Origin: Promethearchaeota archaeon
GTDB lineage: Archaea; Asgardarchaeota; Lokiarchaeia; Sigyniarchaeales; SOKP01
DNA: 64,000 bases
Reading direction: 5' to 3'
NCBI GenBank assembly: GCA_016839705.1
Contig: JAEOTR010000016.1
Coordinates: forward strand, 73,556 to 137,555
Part shown: one piece after another, positions 1-10,533 of the stretch
Layout of the letters: every line of letters starts with the position of its first letter
How positions within the stretch are numbered: position 1 is the first letter of the stretch
Program-made: the position numbers and the translations under genes
The notes under the pieces: model-generated
What the model was told of the DNA's origin: nothing
Databases searched by the model: none
The model's input: only the letters and a program-made list of their open reading frames with translations

Positions 1-327
1 GGAACACTTTACCCAATACTAAGAAAACTAGAAGAAGATAACATCATTAGTTCAAGAAAAGAAGAAACTGGAAGAAAAAAGAAATTCTATTGCATGACTG
101 AATATGGAAAACAAGTCTTTAATCACCTCGCAGGATTTTATTCAAAACTAACTGAAGCGATCGCACCTTTATTTGATGTAAAGGTTGATTTACAACAAGA
201 AAAATACTTTTATTGTCCAATGTGTGCCAATAAAATTGATCTTTCGAATAAAGAACTAAAATTTTGTACAATTTGTGGTTATAATATTGAACAAGAATTA
301 ATTGAAAGAGGTTTAAGAAATGAGTGA
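1..327 (+). CDS. PadR-family winged-helix regulator with C-terminal zinc ribbon (5' truncated by window edge)
   Basis: Frame 1 is open from base 1: GTLYPILRKLEEDNII...GRKKKFYCMTEYGK is the PadR signature; the C-terminus has CPMC...CTICG. The ORF track start at 94 is internal. Confidence 0.85.
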   Translation, partial: GTLYPILRKLEEDNIISSRKEETGRKKKFYCMTEYGKQVFNHLAGFYSKLTEAIAPLFDVKVDLQQEKYFYCPMCANKIDLSNKELKFCTICGYNIEQELIERGLRNE

Positions 328-1336
328 AATTGAAATGAAAAATTTGATTAAGGAATATTTGAAGGAAGTTAAGGCAAAATTACCCGAATGGTTAAAGGAT
401 AAAAAAGAGCATAAGGAAATTTTAGCTGAACTTGAAGAACATATTTGGAGTAAGGCAGAAGAATTATCGAAAACAGGTCAACCCACTATAAATTCGGTTC
501 GCGAGGCAATTGATCATATGGGAACACCAGAGAGCATCGCCAAAGAATATAAACGTCGAGGAACTCCAAAAGTTTACATAACTGAGGAAATGTGGCCTTT
601 ATACAAAAAGGTTATAGGTTTTGTGTTCTCGTTAATAATCGTCATCGCCGTTATAGTACAAGTGATAAATTTAGTTTTTGGAAATTATCATAACTTTTGG
701 GAGGGATTCACGGGCATTCAAATTGGATTACTTATTGCGTTTGCCGTTATAACAATAATTTTTGTTCTTCTCTCTATGGAAGGATATTTTCCAGAAGATT
801 TCATGTCTGAAAAAGAGCTAAAAAAGAGGAAAGAAGAACCTGGTATAGAAGATGAAAGGGAAAAACCGTTAAAACCCTTTATAAAACCGGTAGGAGAAAT
901 AATTGGGGGCTCATTAGGATTAATATTTGGAGTGTTTTTGATTGTACAACCACTCCCATTCATTTTTAGTCTTATTGACAGTGAGTTTCTTTTATTCCTT
1001 CAATTTGCGGGTATTTTCATGATTGCTGAGGGTACTTTAGATATGATTAGAGGTTTAATCGGGAATCGACAACCATTAGCCCATCAAGTCGTTCATGCCA
1101 TTACTGTAGGTGTAAAGCTAGCTTCTATTTCAGTAGTAGTTTTGATGATGAATAGACCAGAAATATTCCCTATATTAATTGTTCAGGACCCGTCAGGTCC
1201 CCTGATAAATATCGGTATTGCCCCAGAGTTTTATAATCTTTTTAGAATAATTGCAGGAATCATTATTGCTGTGGTTGCTTTAAGTACTTTAGAAAACTTC
1301 TATAAGATTTACAAACTCGAAAGTTATAAAAAATAG
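320..1336 (+). CDS. HAAS-domain (DUF1700-like) multi-pass membrane protein
   Basis: N-terminal IKEYLKEVKAKL...EILAELEEHI...MGTPESIAKEY HAAS pattern followed by about 6 TM segments; overlaps the PadR stop, a known pairing. Confidence 0.75.
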   Translation: MSEIEMKNLIKEYLKEVKAKLPEWLKDKKEHKEILAELEEHIWSKAEELSKTGQPTINSVREAIDHMGTPESIAKEYKRRGTPKVYITEEMWPLYKKVIGFVFSLIIVIAVIVQVINLVFGNYHNFWEGFTGIQIGLLIAFAVITIIFVLLSMEGYFPEDFMSEKELKKRKEEPGIEDEREKPLKPFIKPVGEIIGGSLGLIFGVFLIVQPLPFIFSLIDSEFLLFLQFAGIFMIAEGTLDMIRGLIGNRQPLAHQVVHAITVGVKLASISVVVLMMNRPEIFPILIVQDPSGPLINIGIAPEFYNLFRIIAGIIIAVVALSTLENFYKIYKLESYKK

Positions 1337-1347
1337 GAATAAAAAAA

Positions 1348-1392
1348 TTTTTTTTTTTTTGCTTTTTTTTTTATTAAGTCTTTTTTCTTTTT
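1348..1392. terminator. T-rich terminator region between convergent genes
   Basis: Long oligo-T runs immediately after the 1336 stop, typical of archaeal terminators. Confidence 0.45.
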
Positions 1393-1416
1393 GATTTTAG
1401 TACATATAGAAAAAAA

Positions 1417-3669
1417 TTAGTATGAAGTGTGAGTACTACTCATGTTAACTAATCTTGGTAAAACTATGCAAGAAGGATAATCTGGACCTACAAGTAGTGT
1501 ATTATTAGCGATATTGTAGTTTAAATAGCTATAAGCTAATGGTGCCCCTGTATTTGGATTTGCTGCGAAACGAGGATAATTAGAACTCGAGATTGCAATT
1601 CTTATCTTATGACCTTGTGCAAAAACATAGGCTGTGGACCATAAATCAACAAATAATTCATAGACATCGGTTTGATTCCCTGACATAAATCCTTCAGAGG
1701 TATAATTATTTCTTGAACGAACTGTTAAAGAACCATCTGTTATTAACATCGAACGTCCATCTGGATAAACATCAGTAAGTTTTACTGTAAAATCTGTATC
1801 CGTACAATTGGAAGTAACAAATAAATTCCCAAAAATTCTTCCTACGGTCTCCACTGATTCTGGTAATGCTGTGCTTTCAAAGATTAGAACATCAGGTCTA
1901 CTCTCGGTAGACCTCTGATCCATTGGGCCTGCTAAGTCGAAAGGTTGGTTTTGTCCCCCTAAATTTGGAACAGGATCTCTTGGATCGTATAAGTAAGAGA
2001 AATTCTTATTTATAGAAGGAAGAGTACTATTAATTAAACCGCTAGTTGACGTGAAATACCACTTATCATCCACATGATCAAGAGGCCAATCATAAGCATA
2101 TCTCCAGTAATTCCAATCATCAGAAGGAGTATCTACATCGCCCATTAGATAATAGGCGACCCTTTCTCTGTTCCAATTTGTAGACTTCCCTAAAAGAGCA
2201 TAATCAAAAACAGCCATTTCCCAATTCAAAGCAAGATTAAAGCCAATTGAGTTCTTTGGATAACTTAATTCTCCTTGTTTTACTGAATCAAACAAGTTGA
2301 CATGAGTCCATGGTCCCATTATTAATCTTTGTTTACCTTGAGCGCTAAGGGCACCATAATCATCATATCCAATGTATCCATCGATAGTACCTTGTAAAAA
2401 ATGGTCATACCAGCCACCCACATGTATTCCCGCAACAGAAACGTTCGAATAGACTGGTCCAATTGGTATTGATAACGATGTTGAATTGTATAGTGTTTCA
2501 TCTTTAGGATTTGAAAACGATAAAAGAGTTTCGATTTGATATTTCCAATTGTTTGGAGCATTATCTTGAATCCATGTCTCAACGGAGGATTTATGGTAAG
2601 AGCCTTGATAGATTGCATGATCGTATAATTCTGGAGTTCCAAACCATAGTTGTTGGGCGACTAATCCCTCAGGAGCCATTCCTGCATAGAAATATTGATT
2701 GATACAGAGTGCGGAAGGTCCAGCGCTCGCAATTTTGCCATTACACCAACTTTGGTCTAATATCCAATTGATAGTGTCAACGCCATCTAAATAGGAATCT
2801 TTAAAGAGTAAGAATTGACTTCCTCCTTCAGAATCATGAGTTCCCCTTAAATCTTGTACTACTGCATGGTATTCTTGAGTTGTATAATACTGTAAAGCCA
2901 AATCAGCAGCCCAACCTGATTTACCATAAGGAGTTCTTACCATAACAACTGGTTTTGGGGTTCCAAAAGAACCCGGAGAAAAATATAAATCAGTAGCTAA
3001 TTTGACACCATCCCTCATCTCAACCATATATGTCTTTTTTGTGGTAGGAGCGTATACTAGAGTAATTGTAAGAATAGTGGAAGGGATTGCTATTAAAAGT
3101 ATTAAACTTGCAGCTTTAACTGGTCTTGGAAATTTATTCAACCATCTTTTATCATATTTAGTGATCAACTTTGAAAGCGAGAGATTAGAAATTTTTAACC
3201 CATAATGGAAGTAGGCTAGTAGACTTATCCCGACTGCGGCTATCGAGTAATAATTCACTTCAATAAACAGAAACCAAATTATTCCTCCCAAAGGTATAAG
3301 TATATTGAATAGTTTTGCTATTTTATCTATATACTTAAATCTTATATTTTTGCTGATGTGTTTAAGATAATTGGTTGTCATCAATAATGAATAAAAAGAG
3401 ATGAATACCGCAATAGGGGATAATACAATTCCAATTAAAATTATTGAAACCTGTTTTAAGGTAAAGTTAATAATTTCATTTTTAGTAAATAACTTCTTCC
3501 CTTCTTCCAACTCTTTATTAAAATCTTTGTAATAATTGAAGTAATACGCACCTATGTATAATCCGCGGCAGATTAGTAGCATTAGTAAATTAGTGGTAAA
3601 GATTTGTTCGAAGTTTAAGTACCCTAAACTATATAGCTGAAAAAATATCATTATAATCCAATTAATCAT
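1417..3669 (-). CDS. CocE/NonD-family serine hydrolase with N-terminal membrane domain
   Basis: MRDGVKLATDLY, RTPYGK, QDLRG, nucleophile GPSAL, GGWYD, GPWTH, C-terminal SSSNYPRF; about 200 aa hydrophobic N-terminus. Confidence 0.9.
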   Translation of the reverse strand: MINWIIMIFFQLYSLGYLNFEQIFTTNLLMLLICRGLYIGAYYFNYYKDFNKELEEGKKLFTKNEIINFTLKQVSIILIGIVLSPIAVFISFYSLLMTTNYLKHISKNIRFKYIDKIAKLFNILIPLGGIIWFLFIEVNYYSIAAVGISLLAYFHYGLKISNLSLSKLITKYDKRWLNKFPRPVKAASLILLIAIPSTILTITLVYAPTTKKTYMVEMRDGVKLATDLYFSPGSFGTPKPVVMVRTPYGKSGWAADLALQYYTTQEYHAVVQDLRGTHDSEGGSQFLLFKDSYLDGVDTINWILDQSWCNGKIASAGPSALCINQYFYAGMAPEGLVAQQLWFGTPELYDHAIYQGSYHKSSVETWIQDNAPNNWKYQIETLLSFSNPKDETLYNSTSLSIPIGPVYSNVSVAGIHVGGWYDHFLQGTIDGYIGYDDYGALSAQGKQRLIMGPWTHVNLFDSVKQGELSYPKNSIGFNLALNWEMAVFDYALLGKSTNWNRERVAYYLMGDVDTPSDDWNYWRYAYDWPLDHVDDKWYFTSTSGLINSTLPSINKNFSYLYDPRDPVPNLGGQNQPFDLAGPMDQRSTESRPDVLIFESTALPESVETVGRIFGNLFVTSNCTDTDFTVKLTDVYPDGRSMLITDGSLTVRSRNNYTSEGFMSGNQTDVYELFVDLWSTAYVFAQGHKIRIAISSSNYPRFAANPNTGAPLAYSYLNYNIANNTLLVGPDYPSCIVLPRLVNMSSTHTSY

Positions 3670-3736
3670 AAACTATATTGAGATTAGCTTACTAATAAAA
3701 GTATTTGATTGTTTAATCAACCAAATTTCTTTATAA

Positions 3737-5164
3737 TTGATGAGAAATACAATAGAATCTTCAGAGGAAAATCTTCATCGAAGGTCTTATGGTGTTCATC
3801 TAACCTCAAGCGATATTTTCTTGAAGTTTATTTTCCCTGAAATAAAGGAAAAAATATGGGGATATAAATGGGTTGATTTATATGCTGGAGAAGGTAATCT
3901 AATATTGCCTATATTGAAATCAATCCCCCCCGCGGATAGGATAAATTTTTTTAAAAATCATATTTATTTATCCGATATACAGGAAGAAATGTTAGAAAAA
4001 TGCATTAAGAGAGCTTCGGATTATGGTATTCCTCCTGAAGTGGCTTCACGCAATGTAGAACTTAGGGATAATCTAGAACAATCACCTGATTTTTTAAAGG
4101 ATAATCGAAAATCGATATTCCATATTACTAATCCACCATACCTTTATTTAGGATATATTAGAAAAAATGAAGAAACTCAGAAATATCTAAAGTTATTTGA
4201 AGGGAAAAATGATGGTTATCAGGATTTATACCAAATTGCGATGCTAAATGATTTAAGGAATCAATTGGACAATCTTATCTACATTATCCCTTCTAATTTT
4301 TTATTTGGAGCCTCTGTCTCTAATAAATTTCGAAATGATTTCTTACAATTTTATAAAATTAAGAAAATGATAATATTTGAGACGAGGATATTCGAGTTTA
4401 CGGGAACCAACATCTGTATTGGTTTTTTTGAGAGAAAAAAAGTCCCTAAATCAGAGAATGTTGAATTTATGGGCGTTAAATTTAAACAACACAATAAAGA
4501 AATTAAAAAAAAATATTTGCTTAAACCAGAATACAAATACCGAGCCGGTTATGAATTTGATGATTTTTTAGATAAAAATCGAATAAAAATTCCTCTGACT
4601 ACTAATTATTATTTATTAAAAAAGGAAGTAAAAAACAATATAGGAATTAACAAGTTAAGTGTTATAGACGCTAATAATTATAAAAATAATCATTATATTA
4701 AACTCGATCTTAAGGTAAATGATAATTTAAAAAACAAAGTCGAATCCAATATATTATATGTTCGAACTGTTGATACTGGATCAATAGATGGCAGAGTTGG
4801 ATTAGGAATAATTGCAGAAGATTTTAATGTTGATGGAATATATGTATCTGGGAATACTTACAGAACTCATCCAATCCAACTATTTTTTGAACCAAATTTA
4901 TCGCAACATGAGCAATTTTTATTAAAAGATTATTTTAATTTTATTTTGGAATATTTTAGAGAGAAATTAGATAGTGAATTTCTCACTACCTATAAATATT
5001 CTAACGCTGATTATACAAGAAAATATTTAGGCTTAACTCAAGTCAGAAAATTAATTCAAACTTTCCCTTACATGATGATGAACGAAAAATTCAACCAGAA
5101 GTTGGCATCTTTAATTGAAAAAAAAGATTTGGATGATATTTTAGATTTATTTGATGCTTGCTAA
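3737..5164 (+). CDS. N6-adenine DNA methyltransferase (gamma-type order, Eco57I/TaqI-like)
   Basis: Motif I DLYAGEG, motif IV TNPPY, DLYQ, YIIPSNFL. Confidence 0.8.
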   Translation: MMRNTIESSEENLHRRSYGVHLTSSDIFLKFIFPEIKEKIWGYKWVDLYAGEGNLILPILKSIPPADRINFFKNHIYLSDIQEEMLEKCIKRASDYGIPPEVASRNVELRDNLEQSPDFLKDNRKSIFHITNPPYLYLGYIRKNEETQKYLKLFEGKNDGYQDLYQIAMLNDLRNQLDNLIYIIPSNFLFGASVSNKFRNDFLQFYKIKKMIIFETRIFEFTGTNICIGFFERKKVPKSENVEFMGVKFKQHNKEIKKKYLLKPEYKYRAGYEFDDFLDKNRIKIPLTTNYYLLKKEVKNNIGINKLSVIDANNYKNNHYIKLDLKVNDNLKNKVESNILYVRTVDTGSIDGRVGLGIIAEDFNVDGIYVSGNTYRTHPIQLFFEPNLSQHEQFLLKDYFNFILEYFREKLDSEFLTTYKYSNADYTRKYLGLTQVRKLIQTFPYMMMNEKFNQKLASLIEKKDLDDILDLFDAC

Positions 5165-6022
5165 AAGAAAAGCTATTAAACCTAGATATGCCCCTATCTT
5201 CAAAACTAAGCTAATTTTTTTAAAATTCTCTCTCATTAAATTACCTTTAGCCATTAAAATAACAGCAAACAAAACTACAATAAAACCAAAAGCCATAGAA
5301 ATTAAGAAGAGTAATGGATTTAGAATATTAGTAAAATAAGGTAATATGTAAAAGACCATTGCGAAAATTGCAAATACCATAGCAATATAGGTTGATTTTT
5401 TTGTTCCAATCCTAATAGCTAAAGTTTTCACGCCTTCTATTTTATCTCCTTCAATATCTTCACACCCTTTAATAATTTCTCGAGAGAGCAGAGCGAAGAA
5501 TGCCGCTGAAAAGAAGAAATATATATAAAAAGGCACATTCGAATTATTTAAAATTGCCCCATAGATAAGTCCGATAGAAAATGATGCACTGACAATAATA
5601 TTACCGATAAATCCACTCTTCTTACCCCAAGCAGCGTATAACCATCCAATAAAAACCATTAAAACCACTATAATAATATTTATAAAAAATATTTGAAATA
5701 GAAAACTATGAATTATTGCTATAACTATACCAATAAGGGCGGTGGTTATCCATAAAGTCTTTGCTTGCTTTAAAGATATTGCTCCTCTAGGAATGGGCCT
5801 ATCTGGACGATTTATTTTATCTATTTCTATATCATAATAGTCGTTTATGATGTTTCCTGCACCTGCCAAAAAAAAGTATGTAAGAACACCTAATATTATA
5901 TTAAAAATCAAAGTTACTGCATTGACCCCAATCCTAGTATTTAAAATTCCTATGATTACACTTAAACTACCCATTATATCGTTAAGTGGTCTGAGTATTT
6001 CAATAATATCTTTAAACTTCAT
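5147..6022 (-). CDS. Digeranylgeranylglyceryl phosphate synthase (UbiA family)
   Basis: NDYYDIEIDKINRPDRPIPRG and REIIKGCEDIEGD motifs; multi-TM; next to GGGPS. Confidence 0.9.
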   Translation of the reverse strand: MKFKDIIEILRPLNDIMGSLSVIIGILNTRIGVNAVTLIFNIILGVLTYFFLAGAGNIINDYYDIEIDKINRPDRPIPRGAISLKQAKTLWITTALIGIVIAIIHSFLFQIFFINIIIVVLMVFIGWLYAAWGKKSGFIGNIIVSASFSIGLIYGAILNNSNVPFYIYFFFSAAFFALLSREIIKGCEDIEGDKIEGVKTLAIRIGTKKSTYIAMVFAIFAMVFYILPYFTNILNPLLFLISMAFGFIVVLFAVILMAKGNLMRENFKKISLVLKIGAYLGLIAFLLASIK

Positions 6023-6046
6023 GATTTAATTCTTAATAATATTCTA

Positions 6047-6871
6047 TTAAGTAGAAAAATTCTTCTTCTGAGCTTTTCCTGCTTCTTTAATTTCTTTAAT
6101 AATTAATTTTAGAGAATTTCCATTATCTTTAAGTACATGATTTTCGAGATACGTTCCCATAACGATGATATCTGCTCCTGCTTCAACAAATGCTCTTGCG
6201 TCTTCTTTATTTTGAACGCCACCTCCAGCTATTATTGGAATATTTAGGATTTGTGAACATGTAGTTATATGGTCTATAGGAATCTTTTCACTACCTGATC
6301 CTGCTTCCAAATAGACCATTTTAAATCCATACATTTCAGCAGCTAATGCATAAGCAGTCGTTAATTTAGGTTTGTGTCTAGGCAATAGTTTTGCATTTCC
6401 TATCCACCCTGCACTACCACCGGGTTCTATTATTAAATATGCCATTGATATATATTCTAAATTTGCACTTTTAATTGTAAAAGATGCAAGAGCTTGTTGC
6501 CCAACAATAAAATAAGGATCTGAGGAATTTAATAATGACATAAACAAAATAGCATCAGCATGGTGAGAGATATTGCTAATCCCTCCCGGAAAAATAATTA
6601 CTGGCACATTAGCTTCACTTTTCACAGCAAGTACAGTTTTATCTACAAATCCTTGATTAAAAATAGTACTTCCGCCAATTAATATAGCATCTGTTCCCGC
6701 CTCTTGAGCAATTTTAGCCATCTTTGCGGCTTTGTTTGGATTTTGCCTCATTGGATCCGGATCGATTAGAGAAAAATGCAAGGCACCCTCACTATTTAGT
6801 TTTTTTATGATATATTCATAAGTACTTTTTTCAATATACTCATCTATTACAATATCAACCATATTATTCAC
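6047..6871 (-). CDS. Geranylgeranylglyceryl phosphate synthase
   Basis: LIDPD, GTDAILIGGS, FMSLLNS, YLEAGSG, GGG motifs. Confidence 0.93.
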   Translation of the reverse strand: MNNMVDIVIDEYIEKSTYEYIIKKLNSEGALHFSLIDPDPMRQNPNKAAKMAKIAQEAGTDAILIGGSTIFNQGFVDKTVLAVKSEANVPVIIFPGGISNISHHADAILFMSLLNSSDPYFIVGQQALASFTIKSANLEYISMAYLIIEPGGSAGWIGNAKLLPRHKPKLTTAYALAAEMYGFKMVYLEAGSGSEKIPIDHITTCSQILNIPIIAGGGVQNKEDARAFVEAGADIIVMGTYLENHVLKDNGNSLKLIIKEIKEAGKAQKKNFST

Positions 6872-6884
6872 TCCTTAATCCTTA

Positions 6885-8276
6885 TTACTTTTTTTTAGTT
6901 TTCACTATCATTTTCTTAATTTTATCATAAACACTAATTACCCTCTCTTTCCATTCAGGAAACTTATCTAATCCCTTTGGAAAGCTTTTATAGAGTTTGT
7001 TTATTTCATTCATTTTAATTCTGAGAAAATTCAGATCTAACAATAGTTTTGGTCGAGAAATTCCTTTAATGGTTTTTGCAGCCAAACTAATTATTGATAA
7101 ATTTAATCCTCCTTTCGAAGAAATTTGTAGGATTTCCTCTCCAGTTAATATATCACGTTCTAATCCAAAATTTAAATCATCATTCGAAAGAGTTTGAAGC
7201 ACAATCCGTAATAAGTCTAATGCAGCGAATTCTGCTCCAAAACTAGTCATAATTCGATGATTATATTCCCATAATGCATTGATTGAATAATCATTTTTTT
7301 CGATAGCATGTGTTGCTGAATTAGCAGCATAATATCCAGCTCTCATGGAAGGGTCAATCCCTCCACCATGGAGAGGATTAACTTGGCAAGCCGAATCCCC
7401 AATGAGTATGATCCCATTATCAGCACAAGACCATAATGGCCTACGTACAGGAACTACGCCCCCACCTGTGGAAATTATATTGTATTTCGAAGTTTTAATA
7501 TATTCTTGAAAGACATTTTTATGGTAAAGGTCCTTTACTTTTCCTTTATAGTCCATAAAAGCTCCTAACCCAATATTTACAGAAGATTCATTTTTTGGGA
7601 AATACCAGATATACCCCCCTGGGGCTTTTTCTTGATCAAGGATAATTGAGATATACTCAGGATCTTGTACTTCTAAATCTTTAGGGGAAAATTCTACAAT
7701 CTCCCGATAACATAAGATGCTATCCTCTCTTGGGAGATTTTTTTCGATTAATGAACTTTTTACAAGTTTCCGTAAAGGAGAATAGAATCCACTAGCATCA
7801 ATTACAATCTTAGACTTAAAATTAGTTTTTTCTCCATTATTTAATTTTACTTTCAGTCCTGACACAGTGTTATTTTCGTAAATTAAATCTAGAGCCATAG
7901 TTTTATCTAAAAACTGATTTACTCCCGCATCGACAGCTTCATTCAATAAACGTTGTCCAAATTCTAATCTGTTTACGATATAACCAGCTTGCTTTGGATC
8001 GACTAAAGTAAGGCATTTCTTTAGACTTGGGGAGTATAGTTTTGCTCCTTTAATATGACAGGATAATTCCTCACCTTTAGGGTGATTGATATTCAATAAC
8101 CCGAAGATTTCGTTTCCTACAGCATCTCCACAAATTTTGTTCCCAATTTGATCTCTTGGTTTACTGTCAATTAAACACACGTTTAAACCATTTTTTGCTG
8201 CAAATCTCGCAGCAATGGCACCGCCAGTACCTGCTCCAACCACTATAACATCAAAAGAGTGTTGTATGTTTTCCAT
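6885..8276 (-). CDS. Geranylgeranyl reductase family FAD oxidoreductase
   Basis: VVGAGTGG, KICGDA, PGGYIWYFPK, GDSACQVNPLHGGGI. Confidence 0.9.
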   Translation of the reverse strand: MENIQHSFDVIVVGAGTGGAIAARFAAKNGLNVCLIDSKPRDQIGNKICGDAVGNEIFGLLNINHPKGEELSCHIKGAKLYSPSLKKCLTLVDPKQAGYIVNRLEFGQRLLNEAVDAGVNQFLDKTMALDLIYENNTVSGLKVKLNNGEKTNFKSKIVIDASGFYSPLRKLVKSSLIEKNLPREDSILCYREIVEFSPKDLEVQDPEYISIILDQEKAPGGYIWYFPKNESSVNIGLGAFMDYKGKVKDLYHKNVFQEYIKTSKYNIISTGGGVVPVRRPLWSCADNGIILIGDSACQVNPLHGGGIDPSMRAGYYAANSATHAIEKNDYSINALWEYNHRIMTSFGAEFAALDLLRIVLQTLSNDDLNFGLERDILTGEEILQISSKGGLNLSIISLAAKTIKGISRPKLLLDLNFLRIKMNEINKLYKSFPKGLDKFPEWKERVISVYDKIKKMIVKTKKK

Positions 8277-8344
8277 GGCAACTGGGTATTATAATCTACT
8301 AAATTTGATATTTAATTTGATTCTGATTAAAAAATTGATATTGA

Positions 8345-9091
8345 TTATATTAAAGCTAATAGATATATTATAATCGTACTACCTAATGGAACTGTTAAAT
8401 CATCATACGTACTTGGAGATATTAACTCTATTATAGTTGCAATTCCACTAGTAATTAATGAATAGATTAAAATTGTGATTAGAGATAAGGGTTCTTGAAC
8501 AGGTATGAGTAATCCAAATAGGAAAAAAGAGAGAAAACACAATATCAAAGCAGTTATGAAAAAGGTAGAAGACCCCTCTAAGGTTCTTTTCGAATTTGTC
8601 CAAGGCAAACTGATATTGATCTTTCCCCAACGTTTGCCTATGACTGAAGCTAATGTGTCTGAAATAATCATAATTAAAATTCCCGCAATAGGAAAATAAA
8701 AATTCTCAGGAGCAACAAGCCCAAAAATAAAAACTAATGTTGTAATTGAAAGGCAATAGTAAAAAGGACCCTGAAGAAAGGCTCTTTTTAATCCTTCTTC
8801 CTGTTCTTCTGATATAGCATCATAGAGATCTTTAAATTGTTTTACCTTTGAATCTTTAGAACTAAAAAATACGAATAATGTAAGTGTTCCTGCAATAATA
8901 GTTGGCCAAAATGGCCAAAAGTAGAAAGGGGAGCTTAAAATGGCTAATCCCGCAGAAAAATGAACAGTCTTTCGTGCGGAAAATTTAGAAATCTTATTTT
9001 TTTTATATAATATCAAAGGGATAAAAATTGTCAGCAATACATAAAAGTAAGTAATTCCGACAATTCCAAGGTCAGAGATAAATCTATTCAT
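8345..9091 (-). CDS. CTP-dependent polyprenol/diacylglycerol kinase family (phytol/dolichol kinase-like) membrane protein
   Basis: ARKTVHF, DTLASVIGKRWG, KRTLEGS, DDLTVP motifs. Confidence 0.8.
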   Translation of the reverse strand: MNRFISDLGIVGITYFYVLLTIFIPLILYKKNKISKFSARKTVHFSAGLAILSSPFYFWPFWPTIIAGTLTLFVFFSSKDSKVKQFKDLYDAISEEQEEGLKRAFLQGPFYYCLSITTLVFIFGLVAPENFYFPIAGILIMIISDTLASVIGKRWGKINISLPWTNSKRTLEGSSTFFITALILCFLSFFLFGLLIPVQEPLSLITILIYSLITSGIATIIELISPSTYDDLTVPLGSTIIIYLLALI

Positions 9092-9206
9092 TTTGGTATG
9101 TAATCTATTATCTATTAAACCAAAGAAGTATTCTTGCTTTATAGATTTTTTTCATATTCCTTTGTATGATTATTACGAATAATATGATCAAGAGTATGAA
9201 TATTCC

Positions 9207-10391
9207 TTATGGAGGTAAAGGGGGAACTTCGTTATTTTTCCATTGATTCACAATCGGAAAAGTCCACCAATGTTCAGGAACATTAGAATAAACGCTATAT
9301 TTTTCTAAACCCTTAGTAAAAGCATTAACGTTTGATTCTGGGGCTTGAATATGATCTGTTTGAGGATAGAAATATGCTCCAAATCCTCCTTTTCGAGTTC
9401 CCAGATTACGAACCATGTGCCAAACTTCTCGTTCACATTCTTCGGGTGTCCCTTGTGTATAAATCGATTGAATATTGATACATCCCCACATCATTATCTT
9501 TCCACGAAATTGACTCAATTCCTTGTAACCAGTCATCCGAGGACTATCAAGTTCCAAGGCATCTAATCCCCAATCAATTAACAATGGCATGATTGGATCA
9601 ATTTTACCACAGCAGTGCAGATGAAAATCACACCCTAAATCATGTGCAGTATCAATTAGTTGTTTATAAACTGGTTCATAAAATTCCTCGAAGATCTTGG
9701 GGTTGAAAAATGGCCCTTTTTGTTCGCCTAAATCGTCATATAATACAAAACCGTGGGGATTCGCCCCATGTTTAACCCACATTTTTTCTTGTTCAATAAA
9801 AATATTAGTAATAATCTCTAAAAGTTGTTTAAGCTCTCTTTTATTTTTATAATGATCTACTAAAAAGGTATTAAATCCTCGCATAGAACTTGCAACATAA
9901 AACGGTCCAAGACCGAGACTATACATACGATATTTATTTTTTGCTCTTTCCTTACTTCTCTCAATAACATAAGAGTATCGATCCTCTTCATCCATGTTTG
10001 GTGTATATTTCTTGAAATATTCCTCTAATTTACTGTAATCGGTCAATGAAGGTCTTCCAGGGTGTCCCATAGTATTAATACCACCTATAATCCATATAGT
10101 CCCAAATTCGTCAATTTCTTCTCTTGGTAAATTCAACCAATCCTTATATTTCGGATCTTTAGCCCATTCAGGTTTATCCCATTCCCATAATTTATAGTTT
10201 ATTAAATAATCAGGTACATGAGGAAATAAGCCTTTTTCATTTTCATAATGTCCGGGTTGCCAAGATTTAGAAGGTAAAGAAGCAAGGGTATAAACATCGC
10301 TTCCTCGACTGAATTTCCAAATTGGAACTTTATCTGGTCCTTGAAAATTGAGAGCAGCTTTTACACGTTCGATTGAGTTTAAGTTTTCCAC
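9207..10391 (-). CDS. Uroporphyrinogen decarboxylase / MtaA-CmuA superfamily protein
   Basis: ERVKAALNFQGPDKVP start, DDLG, HCCG metal motif. Real start is probably near GTG 10391 rather than 10460. Confidence 0.75.
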   Translation of the reverse strand: MENLNSIERVKAALNFQGPDKVPIWKFSRGSDVYTLASLPSKSWQPGHYENEKGLFPHVPDYLINYKLWEWDKPEWAKDPKYKDWLNLPREEIDEFGTIWIIGGINTMGHPGRPSLTDYSKLEEYFKKYTPNMDEEDRYSYVIERSKERAKNKYRMYSLGLGPFYVASSMRGFNTFLVDHYKNKRELKQLLEIITNIFIEQEKMWVKHGANPHGFVLYDDLGEQKGPFFNPKIFEEFYEPVYKQLIDTAHDLGCDFHLHCCGKIDPIMPLLIDWGLDALELDSPRMTGYKELSQFRGKIMMWGCINIQSIYTQGTPEECEREVWHMVRNLGTRKGGFGAYFYPQTDHIQAPESNVNAFTKGLEKYSVYSNVPEHWWTFPIVNQWKNNEVPPLPP

Positions 10392-10533
10392 CTTGAAAAA
10401 AAAAGTTATAATTGAATGTATAAAATTAAAATTTTTATTAAAACTTTTATTGAATATCAAATTTCAATCCCAAAAGAAGTAGATCAATATTAAACATATA
10501 AGTAACTAAGAAAGTTAAGTATGTGAAAATAGA

